Shown: positions 35,525 through 44,204, counted from the first letter of the stretch. The stretch is DNA of 64,000 nt from Clostridia bacterium (GCA_017540175.1 JAFYBN010000014.1:39010-103009), one strand, 5' to 3'. Notes: generated by a model not told the origin, from the letters alone. Translations and numbers: made by a program.

Positions 35525-35972
35525 ACACGCGCCCGTTCGATTCCCCCTTATCCGGATCAAAAAAAGAACCTTACGGTTCTTCTTTATGACCCGAGGGGGA
35601 ATCCCTCTCGCCTGCGGGCTCGGTCATGGGCGCCTACACGCGCCCGTTCGATTCCCCCTTTTTCGGATCAAAAAAAGAACCTTGCGGTTCTTTTTTATGA
35701 CCCGAGGGGGAATCGAATTCTCGCCTGCGGGCTCGGTCAGGGTGCGGGAAAACATCCCGAGTTTGCCGCAGGCATACTCAGCCGGGAATGTTTTCTTACG
35801 CGCACCCGTTCGATTTCCCCTTTTCTCGGATCAAAAAAAGAACCTAGCGGTTCTTTTTTATGACCCGAGGGGGAATCGTTCTCGCCTGCGGGCTCGGTCA
35901 TGGGCGCCTACACGCGCCCGTTCGATTCCCCCTTTTCTCGGATCAAAAAAAGAACCTTCCGGTTCTTTTTTA
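35525..35972. repeat. Composite repeat array derived from the tRNA-Glu 3' end (units of 111, 162, 112 bp plus a partial unit)
   Basis: Units start at 35525, 35636, 35798 and 35910. Three extra copies of tgacccgagggggaatc (35587, 35698, 35861). Four copies of the hairpin aaaaaaagaacc-NNNN-ggttctttttt. The invariant 21-mer tctcgcctgcgggctcggtca occurs at 35606, 35719 and 35880. Confidence 0.9.
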
Positions 35973-36044
35973 TGACCCGAGGGGGAATCGAACCCCCGTT
36001 ACTGCCGTGAAAGGGCGGTGTCTTAGCCTCTTGACCATCGGGCC
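35973..36044 (-). tRNA. tRNA-Glu (anticodon UUC)
   Basis: Minus strand GGCCCGATGGTCAAGAGGCTAAGACACCGCCCTTTCACGGCAGTAACGGGGGTTCGATTCCCCCTCGGGTCA. Cloverleaf drawn by hand. 7-bp acceptor stem, loop CTTTCAC, no encoded CCA. C28-A42 mismatch. Confidence 0.9.
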
Positions 36045-36068
36045 ATTATAAATATTCACCCGGTTAGT

Positions 36069-36140
36069 TGACCCGAGGGGGAATCGAACCCCCGTTACTG
36101 CCGTGAAAGGGCGGTGTCTTAACCGCTTGACCATCGGGCC
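36069..36140 (-). tRNA. tRNA-Glu (anticodon UUC), second copy
   Basis: Same as the first copy except for the D-loop (AAGCGGTTAAG versus AAGAGGCTAAG). 24-nt spacer between the copies. Confidence 0.9.
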
Positions 36141-36155
36141 CCGGACCGGGTGAAT

Positions 36156-36232
36156 TGGTAGCGGAAGTTGGACTTGAACCCACGACCTACCGGGTATGAA
36201 CCGGTTGCTCTAGCCAGCTGAGCTATTCCGCC
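36156..36232 (-). tRNA. tRNA-Met (anticodon CAU; elongator type by eye, Ile2-lysidine not excluded)
   Basis: Minus strand GGCGGAATAGCTCAGCTGGCTAGAGCAACCGGTTCATACCCGGTAGGTCGTGGGTTCAAGTCCAACTTCCGCTACCA. CCA is encoded. G1-U72 pair and one G-A mismatch in the T stem. Confidence 0.8.
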
Positions 36233-36270
36233 ATGCGCACAGAAACACAAACGTCCCTGCGACGTCGGAT

Positions 36271-36299
36271 ATTATACCATAAAGGCGGGAGTTTGTCAA
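36271..36299 (-). promoter_or_regulatory. Consensus extended -10 promoter of the tRNA-Met/Glu/Glu operon
   Basis: Minus strand TTGACA (36299-36294), 17 nt, TGgTATAAT (-10 at 36276-36271). Confidence 0.7.
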
Positions 36300-36389
36300 C
36301 ACCTTTTCGAAAAATTATTTTTGCGCGTCCGGACTTCCCTTTTCCGTGCCCCGCTCCTGAATTTCTGCGGTCTCCCTGCACTCGTCCGC

Positions 36390-37001
36390 TCATCCGTTCC
36401 CCGTGCCGATCCCGAGCAGATCCGACAGCAGCTCCAGAATGCGGAAGCGCACCCTGACCCTTCCCGAGGATTTCGTGATGATCCGGTACTCCTCCGGCGT
36501 GAGTCCGACCGCGAGCGCGCCGCCGTCGTCCGCCCTCGCCGCGCGGACGCACAGGCCCGGAAAAAGTACGCACCACCAGTTCCGCCCCTCTCCTTCTCCG
36601 AGGATGATCCTCACGGAGCGGTATTCGCCCGCGGGGAACTCAAAATCCCCGTAATCCCGCCGCGGATAGACTTCCCGTCCGATCTCCACCCGGACGGGAC
36701 AGCTCTTCCCCGCCCTGCCGACCGCGTCCTGCGCGGTTTTTCGGAGGATCTCCGCCGCCGCCCGCGCGGTCTTCTCTGCTTCGTCCGCGTTCGCACAGTC
36801 CGCGAACAGCTCTTCGGCGCAGGAGAGCACCGCGTCCCGGACCGTGAGCTTGAGCTCCTGATCCTCTTTTGAATCCGACTCCGCGATGACGCGCAGACGA
36901 ACGACGTCCCCGTACAGCGCGCTCTCCCCCTTCGTCGGGCAATACGGCAGCAGGACCGCGCAGAGCAGCACGGACGATGTAAATGCAAGCCAGAATTTCA
37001 T
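36390..37001 (-). CDS. spoIIR: Stage II sporulation protein R
   Basis: 203 aa with a signal/TM N-terminus. LRVIAESDSKEDQELKL.VRDAVL and GEGRNWWCVLFPGLC are SpoIIR hallmarks. Confidence 0.88.
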   Translation of the reverse strand: MKFWLAFTSSVLLCAVLLPYCPTKGESALYGDVVRLRVIAESDSKEDQELKLTVRDAVLSCAEELFADCANADEAEKTARAAAEILRKTAQDAVGRAGKSCPVRVEIGREVYPRRDYGDFEFPAGEYRSVRIILGEGEGRNWWCVLFPGLCVRAARADDGGALAVGLTPEEYRIITKSSGRVRVRFRILELLSDLLGIGTGNG

Positions 37002-37063
37002 GAAAAAAACCTCCGGTAATCCGTTTTTCAGAGGATCGACCGGAGGTTCTTTGTTTATTCGCT

Positions 37064-37786
37064 TCAGAACGATATTTCCGCAAGCACGGGTCTGTGGTCG
37101 CTTGCCTCTGCCGGAATGACGCGGGCGGACTCGATGCGCGTATCCGGCGAGCAGAACAGGTAATCGATGCGACAGGACGGTCTGTCCGACGGGAAGGTAT
37201 AGCCGGGGCAGTACGCGCCCGCCTCGTCATACCGCTCAAACAGAGGCGCGAGCACCGGGTCGGTCGGGTCCGTATTGAAGTCCCCCATGATCGCGAACGG
37301 ATTCTCTTCCCTCTCCGCCAGCGCGAGGACCGTTTCGGCGGCATTTCTTCTTTCCGCTTTGCTCAGCCCGAAATGGGAGGAGAACACGGTGAACGCTCCG
37401 CTCCCTTCGGGAAGAGAGATCACGGCGCGCGTCACGCTGCGGTGCTCGAAGCGGCGATCCCGCTCGCTCTCCTTCGGGTCGGGGATGTGGCAGACCCGCG
37501 TCTCCGTGATCGGGAATCGGCTGAGCACGGCGTTTCCGTAGGGATTCGGACCGCTGACGTCGATGGATTTGCCGAAAAAGCAATGCCATCCGAGCAGCGC
37601 CGCCATCGTTTCGGCCTGCGCCGTATAGTCCGCTCTCACGCCGCGTCCGCGCACTTCGTTCAGCCCGACGAAATCCGCTCCGCTTTCGCGGATGACGGCA
37701 GCCGCGGCGCTGAGGTCGATCGTCGGGGGATCGGAGCGGTACACGAGCCCGTGCTGGATGTTGTAGGTCATGACGGTCAGCTTCAT
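37064..37786 (-). CDS. Endonuclease/exonuclease/phosphatase (EEP) family protein
   Basis: 240 aa. TYNI.HG, GLNEV and a terminal SDHRPV motif. Confidence 0.8.
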   Translation of the reverse strand: MKLTVMTYNIQHGLVYRSDPPTIDLSAAAAVIRESGADFVGLNEVRGRGVRADYTAQAETMAALLGWHCFFGKSIDVSGPNPYGNAVLSRFPITETRVCHIPDPKESERDRRFEHRSVTRAVISLPEGSGAFTVFSSHFGLSKAERRNAAETVLALAEREENPFAIMGDFNTDPTDPVLAPLFERYDEAGAYCPGYTFPSDRPSCRIDYLFCSPDTRIESARVIPAEASDHRPVLAEISF

Positions 37787-37801
37787 CGCGCGCCCCCCGT
37801 T

Positions 37802-38887
37802 TTATTTCTTGATGAATTCGATGTAGCGGTTCCAGTCCTTGCGGGAGAGAAAATGCGTGCCGATGCGGAGATGATAGCCGACCTTGCCGTCCGCGAAGCA
37901 GTCGCCGCCCTCGGGCAGGCGGTCGGGCGCGAGGAAGCCCGGCTCCCCGAGCAGCTCCCACGCGGGAGACGCCGCGCGGCAGGCGAGGTATTCCGAGACG
38001 GGATCCGCCCACTCGTCCTCGGTCGCAGAGGCGACGTAAAGCTTGCGCGGCGCGGCGGCGGCGAGCAGGAAGTGCTGATCGAACGGCGTCCGCTCGGAGG
38101 TTTCAACGTCGGTCGAGATCTCCTGCATCTTTTCCGAGAACCAATAGGGGAAGACGCTCGCGATGCGCGGGAAGGTCTCGCCGACCTTGCCCCTCGTGAT
38201 CGCCGCGCCGGAACAGCCGGAATCGTTCGAGAAGACGTGGGTAAAGCGCTCGTCGTTCGCGCCCGCCCACAGCGCCGTCTTGCCGAGGCGCGAATGCCCG
38301 ACGACGCCGACCCTTGTTTTGTCCACGCAGTCGAGGGAAAGCAGAAGGTCGAGCACGCGGGATGCGGCGAACGCCCACATGCCGATCTTGCCCGTAGCGT
38401 CTGGCGCGCGCTTGCCGTCCGGGAAGAGGTGGGCGGACAAAAGCGTTCCCCATTTGTCGTCCCCGTCGAACGCGACCGAATTCATGACGAATTCCGCGAC
38501 GGCGACGTTCTGGTCGAGGATCTCCTCCATCGGGTAATACCACGGGAAGCCGAACGAAATGTACACGAAGGCGGGGACGGGATTCTCCGCGCTCGCGCCG
38601 TCCGGCACGGACAGGGTCACGGGGAAGGTGAAGCTCTCCCCGTCCGGCGTCGGGAAGGTGATGTCGTAAACGGTGGAGACGGCGACGCCGCCCGCGGTGC
38701 GCTCCCTGTGCTTTTCGCTCCAGGTCGTCGGTCCGACGGAGCGCGGCATTCTGCCGTATTCGTATTCCTCGAGAGTGGAGAGCAGCTCGCGGCGTCTCTT
38801 CTCCCATGTTTCCGCCGTCGTCGGGGTCCCGTCCGCCGAGACGAGAAGGGGCGGCAGGGCGCGTTTTTCAAGAAGCTCGTTCAGCAT
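37802..38887 (-). CDS. Alpha/beta hydrolase, glucuronoyl-esterase (CE15)-like
   Basis: 361 aa. GHSRLGKTALWAGA resembles the CE15 G-x-S-R-x-G-K nucleophile motif. The N-terminal W..RR.E....EYEYG..P region is typical of the family. Confidence 0.6.
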   Translation of the reverse strand: MLNELLEKRALPPLLVSADGTPTTAETWEKRRRELLSTLEEYEYGRMPRSVGPTTWSEKHRERTAGGVAVSTVYDITFPTPDGESFTFPVTLSVPDGASAENPVPAFVYISFGFPWYYPMEEILDQNVAVAEFVMNSVAFDGDDKWGTLLSAHLFPDGKRAPDATGKIGMWAFAASRVLDLLLSLDCVDKTRVGVVGHSRLGKTALWAGANDERFTHVFSNDSGCSGAAITRGKVGETFPRIASVFPYWFSEKMQEISTDVETSERTPFDQHFLLAAAAPRKLYVASATEDEWADPVSEYLACRAASPAWELLGEPGFLAPDRLPEGGDCFADGKVGYHLRIGTHFLSRKDWNRYIEFIKK

Positions 38888-39048
38888 GGCAAATCTCCTT
38901 TTCCGAACCCGTCCGGGGACGCGGAAACGTCGCTCTCCGGACGGAAGATTTTCAGGACTTTCAGGAACATTATATCACAAACCGCGCCCCATTGCAATTT
39001 CTTTTTCAATGTGATATAATAAAAAAAACATCCCGAAGAGAGGTTCCC

Positions 39049-40089
39049 ATGGAAAGCCGGAAGAAGAACGAGTTGTCCGCCGCGTCGGTTTTTCTCATGC
39101 TGCTCGTGATCTTCATCCACCTGTCGGCGGAATGCGTGAACGGGTATCTGAAGGAAAGCGCCGCGTTCGCTCTCATGGCGTCTCTGAACCGGCTCGCGTC
39201 CTTTGCCGTGCAGGGCTTCATTTTCCTCTCCGGACTGAAGTTGTTTCTGAAGCGGAACGAGCCCTTTTCCTACAAAACCTTCGCGCTCTCCCGCCTGCGC
39301 CGGGTGATCCTGCCCTATCTCGTCGCGTTCTGCGTGTTTTACGCGGTTTACGCTTCCCTTTCGAGGATCTCGCCCTCCGTCCCGCATTTCTTCGGCGAGC
39401 TTTTCACCGCCGGGCTGGCGACGCACTTCTATTTTATCGCCGTCATCGTTCAGTTTTATCTGCTCATGCCGCTGTGGAGGCTGCTCGGCCGCAGGGCTTC
39501 CCCCCTGCTTCTGTGCTTCGTTTCGTTCACCCTGACCTCGGTCCTCGCCCTGCATCTGCCGGAGCTCGTACAGCTTGTGTCCGGCAAATGGATCGACTTC
39601 AATTCCCGGCTCTTTACCTCGTATCTCTTCTATTTCGTCTGCGGCATGGCGGCGGGGAGCCGGTATGACGAATTCCTCGCTTTTCTGAAGCGCCGCAGGA
39701 TCGGGCTGGGTGTTCTCTGGGGGCTTTCCGCCGCCGCGGACTGCGCGCTATTCATCCTGATCCGGCGGGATTTTTACTACCCCGTCTGGGCGGACGAGTG
39801 GCACATCCTCACCTCCGCGCTCGCGATCCTCTTTCTGATTTCCCTCTGTGCGGCGGCGGGGAACGGGCGGCTTCTGCGCTCCCCCCTGCTCTCCCGCACC
39901 GACGGCGCGTCGTATCTCGTTTATCTCTGGCATCCCCTCATCATCCTCTGCGTCGATCTGCGGCTGAACAATCTCGGCGTCGTATCCCTGACGCTGCGCT
40001 TTCTCATCCGCGCGGCTGTGGCGCTCCCCCTCTCGATCGCGCTGTGCGTCGGGTGGCAGGCGCTTGTCAAGAGAATTCGGAAATCATAG
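39049..40089 (+). CDS. Acyltransferase family 3 membrane protein
   Basis: Start at MESRKKNELS (ATG 39049). About 10 hydrophobic helices. The IHLS...N...S.AVQGFIFLSG pattern is typical of acyltransferase_3. Confidence 0.7.
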   Translation: MESRKKNELSAASVFLMLLVIFIHLSAECVNGYLKESAAFALMASLNRLASFAVQGFIFLSGLKLFLKRNEPFSYKTFALSRLRRVILPYLVAFCVFYAVYASLSRISPSVPHFFGELFTAGLATHFYFIAVIVQFYLLMPLWRLLGRRASPLLLCFVSFTLTSVLALHLPELVQLVSGKWIDFNSRLFTSYLFYFVCGMAAGSRYDEFLAFLKRRRIGLGVLWGLSAAADCALFILIRRDFYYPVWADEWHILTSALAILFLISLCAAAGNGRLLRSPLLSRTDGASYLVYLWHPLIILCVDLRLNNLGVVSLTLRFLIRAAVALPLSIALCVGWQALVKRIRKS

Positions 40090-40294
40090 GCACGCTCGGC
40101 ACTCGGTCTCTGGCGGCGGGGACTTTCGGGGATCGAAATTTGATCCGATCCGACGCCCGTACCCCGTACCACGGCGGATTTATCCCGCGGGGGCTTGCAA
40201 ATCCCGCGGCGGCGTGCTATAATACAATGATATCATTCAGACAACAGCGGGAAGCCGGATGCGCGGCGTCCCCTTGTGTGAACGGAGGTACACG

Positions 40295-40948
40295 ATGAAA
40301 GATCACAAAAACAAAACCCCGCTCGAAAAACCCTCTCCGGATCAGCCGGAGAACGCGGCGGAGCACAGCGCAGAACAGGAGCCGTCCTTCGCGGAAAAAG
40401 CCGTATCGACTTTTTACGACGCGGTGGAGGTGCTGGCGACCGTGTCCGTGTTCGTGCTGCTTTTGTTTGCCTTTGTGATCCGCATCAACGTCGTGAACGG
40501 CAACTCCATGCTCAACACCCTGCACAACGGCGAGCGGCTGGCGGTTTCCGACCTCTTCTACACGCCGAAGCAGGGGGACATCGTGATCATCCACCGCATT
40601 GATGCCGAGGGGTACACCCATCCCATCGTCAAGCGCGTGATCGCCGTCGGCGGGCAGACCGTGGACATCGATTTCGACACATGGACGCTCACCGTGGACG
40701 GGAAGGTCGTCGAGGAGTCCTACCGTTTCCTCGATCCGGAACGCAGAACGCTGGGCAGCGAGATCCCCCTCCCCATCACGCTCGGGAAGGATGAGGTCTT
40801 CGTGATGGGCGACAACCGCAACGGCTCCGCGGACAGCCGGCAGAAGGAGATCGGACCGATCGACCGGCGCACCATTGTCGGCAAGGCGCTTGTCCGCATT
40901 TATCCCGCGAACACCTTCACCGTCTTCAAAAATCCGTTTTCGAACTAA
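40295..40948 (+). CDS. lepB: Signal peptidase I
   Basis: Start at MKDHKNK (RBS ggagg). NGNSMLNTL, VKRVIAVGGQTV and MGDNRNGSADSR boxes. Confidence 0.9.
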   Translation: MKDHKNKTPLEKPSPDQPENAAEHSAEQEPSFAEKAVSTFYDAVEVLATVSVFVLLLFAFVIRINVVNGNSMLNTLHNGERLAVSDLFYTPKQGDIVIIHRIDAEGYTHPIVKRVIAVGGQTVDIDFDTWTLTVDGKVVEESYRFLDPERRTLGSEIPLPITLGKDEVFVMGDNRNGSADSRQKEIGPIDRRTIVGKALVRIYPANTFTVFKNPFSN

Positions 40949-40985
40949 GACCCGTTTCTCCGAACCGGAAGCATAAGGAGGTCCC

Positions 40986-42062
40986 ATGCCCTCACAGAAT
41001 ATACAGTGGTTCCCGGGGCATATGGCGAAAACCCGCCGCCTGATTACGGAAAGCCTCGGGCTGGTGGACATCGTCATCGAACTGCTTGACGCGCGCAGTC
41101 CGCGCTCCTCGAAAAACCCCGAGATCGACCGCCTGATCGGGCAGAAGCCCCGGCTCACCCTGCTCACCAAGGCTTCCCTCGCCGATGCTGCCGTTACCGC
41201 GCGCTGGGTTGCCGCCATGCCGGATTCCCTCGCCGTCGACGTCGTGACGGGGGAGGGCGTGAAAGCCATCGCACCTGCTGTTCGGCGCATTCTTGCCGAG
41301 AAGCTGAAGCGCTACGCGGACCGCGGAATGGAGGGACGCACGGTCAAGGCGATGATCGTCGGCATCCCGAACGTGGGAAAATCCTCGCTCGTGAACAAGC
41401 TGAGCGGGGGAAAAAAGGCGAAGGTCGAAAACAGACCCGGCGTCACGCTGACCAAGCAGTGGGTCACGACGCAGAGCGGGATCGACCTGCTCGACATGCC
41501 GGGCGTGCTCTGGCCGAAATTCGACGACCGAAAAATCGGAGAACGGCTCGCGTTCACCGGCGCGATCCGGGACGCGATCCTCGATACGGAGGAGCTGGGT
41601 TCCCTGCTCTGCGCCGAACTGTACGCGCGGCACGCGGAGCTTTTCTGCGCGCGCTACAAGCTCGACCGCGCCGCTCTTGAAGGCTTCAAGCCCTTTGAGC
41701 TTCTGGAAGCGGTCGCGAAAAAGCGCGGCTTCCGTCTCTCCGGCGGGGACTTTGACACCGCGCGCGCCGCGGACATGGTGCTCGACGAGTTCCGCGAGGC
41801 AAAGATCGGGCGCATCACGCTCGACGATCCGGACGAAGACCCGATCCTTTCGGAGACTTCTCCGAAAAAGGGAGCAAAAGGCTCGCAGCGACGCCCCGCC
41901 TCCCCTTCCGAATGTGAGAAAAGCGAAGAGGAGGAGGCGCAGACCGCCGGGCGCTGTCCGTCGGACGCCGAGTCGGTCGAAACAGGACCCGCGCCGGCGC
42001 GCGAAGAAACCGGCGACGGGCCGACCGCTCCTTCTCCGCGGGAGGAAAGCTCCGATGCTTGA
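40986..42062 (+). CDS. rbgA: Ribosome biogenesis GTPase A (YlqF/RbgA) with about 78-aa acidic/Pro-rich C-terminal tail
   Basis: QWFPGHMAK...DARSP..S.NP, circularly permuted G motifs (GIPNVGKSSL, DMPG). Low-complexity tail from about aa 281. Confidence 0.88.
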   Translation: MPSQNIQWFPGHMAKTRRLITESLGLVDIVIELLDARSPRSSKNPEIDRLIGQKPRLTLLTKASLADAAVTARWVAAMPDSLAVDVVTGEGVKAIAPAVRRILAEKLKRYADRGMEGRTVKAMIVGIPNVGKSSLVNKLSGGKKAKVENRPGVTLTKQWVTTQSGIDLLDMPGVLWPKFDDRKIGERLAFTGAIRDAILDTEELGSLLCAELYARHAELFCARYKLDRAALEGFKPFELLEAVAKKRGFRLSGGDFDTARAADMVLDEFREAKIGRITLDDPDEDPILSETSPKKGAKGSQRRPASPSECEKSEEEEAQTAGRCPSDAESVETGPAPAREETGDGPTAPSPREESSDA

Positions 42063-42714
42063 CAAAACCTTTGACGCGGCATACGCCGCCGAATACGGCA
42101 CGGTCTGCGGAACGGACGAAGCAGGGCGCGGTCCCCTCGCCGGGTCCGTGGTCGCCGCCGCCGTCGTCCTTCCCGCGGGGATCGAGATCCCCGGACTCGA
42201 CGACTCGAAAAAGCTCACGGAAAAACGGCGCGAAGCGCTGTACGATCTCATTCTTCAAAAAGCCCTTGCCTACGGGATCGCCGAGAGTACGGCGCGGGAG
42301 ATCGACGAGATGAACATCCTCGCGGCTTCCCTGCTCGCGATGCGCCGCGCTGCGGAGATCGTAAAAAAGACGATCCTGCCGGGTGTGGTGCTGATCGACG
42401 GAAACCGGCAGACCGATTTCGGGGTCCCCTCCGTCACGGTGGTGCACGGGGACGCGATCTCGCAGTCCATCGCGGCGGCGTCCGTGCTCGCGAAAGTCAC
42501 GCGGGACCGTCAGCTCGTAAAGCTCGACGAGCTCTACCCCGCATACGGCTTCGCGAAGCACAAGGGCTATCCCACGCGCGAGCACAAGCGCGCCGTGTAC
42601 GAATACGGTCCCTGCCCCGAACACCGCCGCTCGTTCCTCTCCTTTCTCGAACGGGAGGGGGACGCGCTGAGAGCGGAGATCGAAGAGGAAAAGGCGCGGC
42701 ATGAATCAACATGA
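42055..42714 (+). CDS. rnhB: Ribonuclease HII
   Basis: The ATG at 42055 overlaps the rbgA stop by 8 nt. GTDEAGRGPLAGSVVAAAVVL, DDSKKL and KHKGYPT motifs. Confidence 0.9.
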   Translation: MLDKTFDAAYAAEYGTVCGTDEAGRGPLAGSVVAAAVVLPAGIEIPGLDDSKKLTEKRREALYDLILQKALAYGIAESTAREIDEMNILAASLLAMRRAAEIVKKTILPGVVLIDGNRQTDFGVPSVTVVHGDAISQSIAAASVLAKVTRDRQLVKLDELYPAYGFAKHKGYPTREHKRAVYEYGPCPEHRRSFLSFLEREGDALRAEIEEEKARHEST

Positions 42715-43126
42715 ACTCGGAAGGATCGGGGAGAATTCCGCCGCCCTCTGGCTCGAGGAGCGCGGCTGGGAAATCCTCGCGCGGAACCTGCGCCTCGGGC
42801 ACGATGAGATCGACATTCTCGCGAGAAAGGACGGGATCCTCTGCTTCGCGGAAGTCAAGACCCGTCGGCAGATCCCGGGCGCGCCCTCTCCCTTCGGCGA
42901 ACCTGCCGACGCCGTGAACGCGAAAAAGCAGGCGAGCCTCGTCCGCGCCGCGGGCGCGTATCTTGCCGCGCATCCGGGCGACGAGACGCCGCGCATCGAC
43001 GTGATCGAGGTCTACGCCGACCCGTATTCGGACGTCTACCGTCTTCTCGAGATCCGGGTCTATGAAAACGCGGTGCGGCGCACGGGCAAATTCTCATACA
43101 AAAACGCCGGGCGCGGCGGACGGTAA
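42701..43126 (+). CDS. YraN family (UPF0102) endonuclease-like protein
   Basis: 141 aa. G...E..A..WL...GW.IL.RN.R.G..EIDI.A......FAEVKTR. Confidence 0.85.
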   Translation: MNQHELGRIGENSAALWLEERGWEILARNLRLGHDEIDILARKDGILCFAEVKTRRQIPGAPSPFGEPADAVNAKKQASLVRAAGAYLAAHPGDETPRIDVIEVYADPYSDVYRLLEIRVYENAVRRTGKFSYKNAGRGGR

Positions 43127-43199
43127 ACGAAAAGGTCCGCCCGCTTCGGAGAGCACGGCGCGGAGCCGGGCAGAACTTCAGGATAAAGGGGAATCGGAT

Positions 43200-44135
43200 A
43201 TGAAACTCTGCGACATGCACTGCGACACCGCGACAGCGATTTATTACGGGCACAAAAAGCTTGCGTCAAACGACTGCGCCGTCTCCCTCGAAAAGGCGGC
43301 CGTTTTCGAAAAATACCTCCAGCTCGCCGCGTTCTTCACCTCCCCGAAGCTCGGGGACGAGGAGGGCTGGGACGCCTTTCTCGCGGCTCGGCAGTATTTT
43401 CTCGACGAATGCGCCGAAAGTGAAATTCCCGTGCTCGCCTCCTCCGGCGAGCTTGCCGCGTGGGACCGCTCCGACAGCCGCGCCGCGTTCATCCTGACCG
43501 TGGAGGACGCGCGCATCCTCGCGGGAAGGCTCGAACGCGTGGAAGAGCTCTATCGGCTCGGCATCCGCGTCATGACCTTGCTTTGGGGCGGGGAGACAAT
43601 CATCGGCGGCTCCCACAACACGGATGCGGGTCTGACCGATTTCGGGCGGGCGGCGGTGCGCGAAATGCTGAATGTCGGGATCATCCCGGACGTCTCTCAC
43701 GCGTCCTTCCGCTCGACGGACGAAATTCTCGATCTGTGCGAGGCCGCCGGAAAAGCCCCGGTCGCGACGCACATGAACGCCCACGCCGTCTGCAGCCATT
43801 CGCGCAATCTCACCGACGACCGTTTTCTGCGGCTTGTGAAGCTCGGCGGCTGTGCGGGCGTCTCGCTCTGCCCGCCCCATCTCGCCGAAAACGGCGCGCC
43901 GACCACCTCCGCGGATCCCGCGCGGCATCTTCTTCATTACCGCGCTCTTTCGCCGGATGCGGTCGGGTTCGGATGCGATCTCGACGGCACGGAGCTCCCG
44001 GATGATCTGCCGGATCTCTCGGCGCTTCCGGTCATTGCGGAGCGGCTGCGGGAAAGCGGGCTGAAGGAGACGGAGATCGAAGAGATTTATTATGGGAATG
44101 TGTTCCGGTTTCTTAAAGACAATCTTCCTGAATAA
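43200..44135 (+). CDS. Dipeptidase (peptidase M19 family)
   Basis: Start at MKLCDMHCDT (ATG 43200). GI..DVSHAS and ATH.NA..V..H.RNL motifs. Confidence 0.75.
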   Translation: MKLCDMHCDTATAIYYGHKKLASNDCAVSLEKAAVFEKYLQLAAFFTSPKLGDEEGWDAFLAARQYFLDECAESEIPVLASSGELAAWDRSDSRAAFILTVEDARILAGRLERVEELYRLGIRVMTLLWGGETIIGGSHNTDAGLTDFGRAAVREMLNVGIIPDVSHASFRSTDEILDLCEAAGKAPVATHMNAHAVCSHSRNLTDDRFLRLVKLGGCAGVSLCPPHLAENGAPTTSADPARHLLHYRALSPDAVGFGCDLDGTELPDDLPDLSALPVIAERLRESGLKETEIEEIYYGNVFRFLKDNLPE

Positions 44136-44204
44136 ACAAAAAGGAACGCGGCTTTCTTAAAAGAAAGCCTGGCAAAGAATTTTATACAAATAAAGGGAAA
44201 CGAC

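Noticed and set aside
35525-35972. CRISPR array or integron attC cassette array as an explanation for the two repeat arrays (also 53467..53856).
   Set aside because: The intervening 'spacers' are themselves conserved, including a shared 21-mer and 43-mer. The units are 111-162 bp and contain tRNA fragments and terminators. There are no cas genes or leader. The unit ends do not fit the attC R''/R' cores (RYYYAAC...GTTRRRY), and no intI gene is present.
35283-35975. The 230-aa ORF 35283..35975, and ORFs 53435..53875 and 53465..53812, as real proteins.
   Set aside because: Beyond about 35524 the translation is just the repeat array read in frame (HAPVRFPLFRIKKRTLRFFFMTRGGI repeated). The 53.4-53.9 kb ORFs are the same artefact over the tRNA-Leu array.
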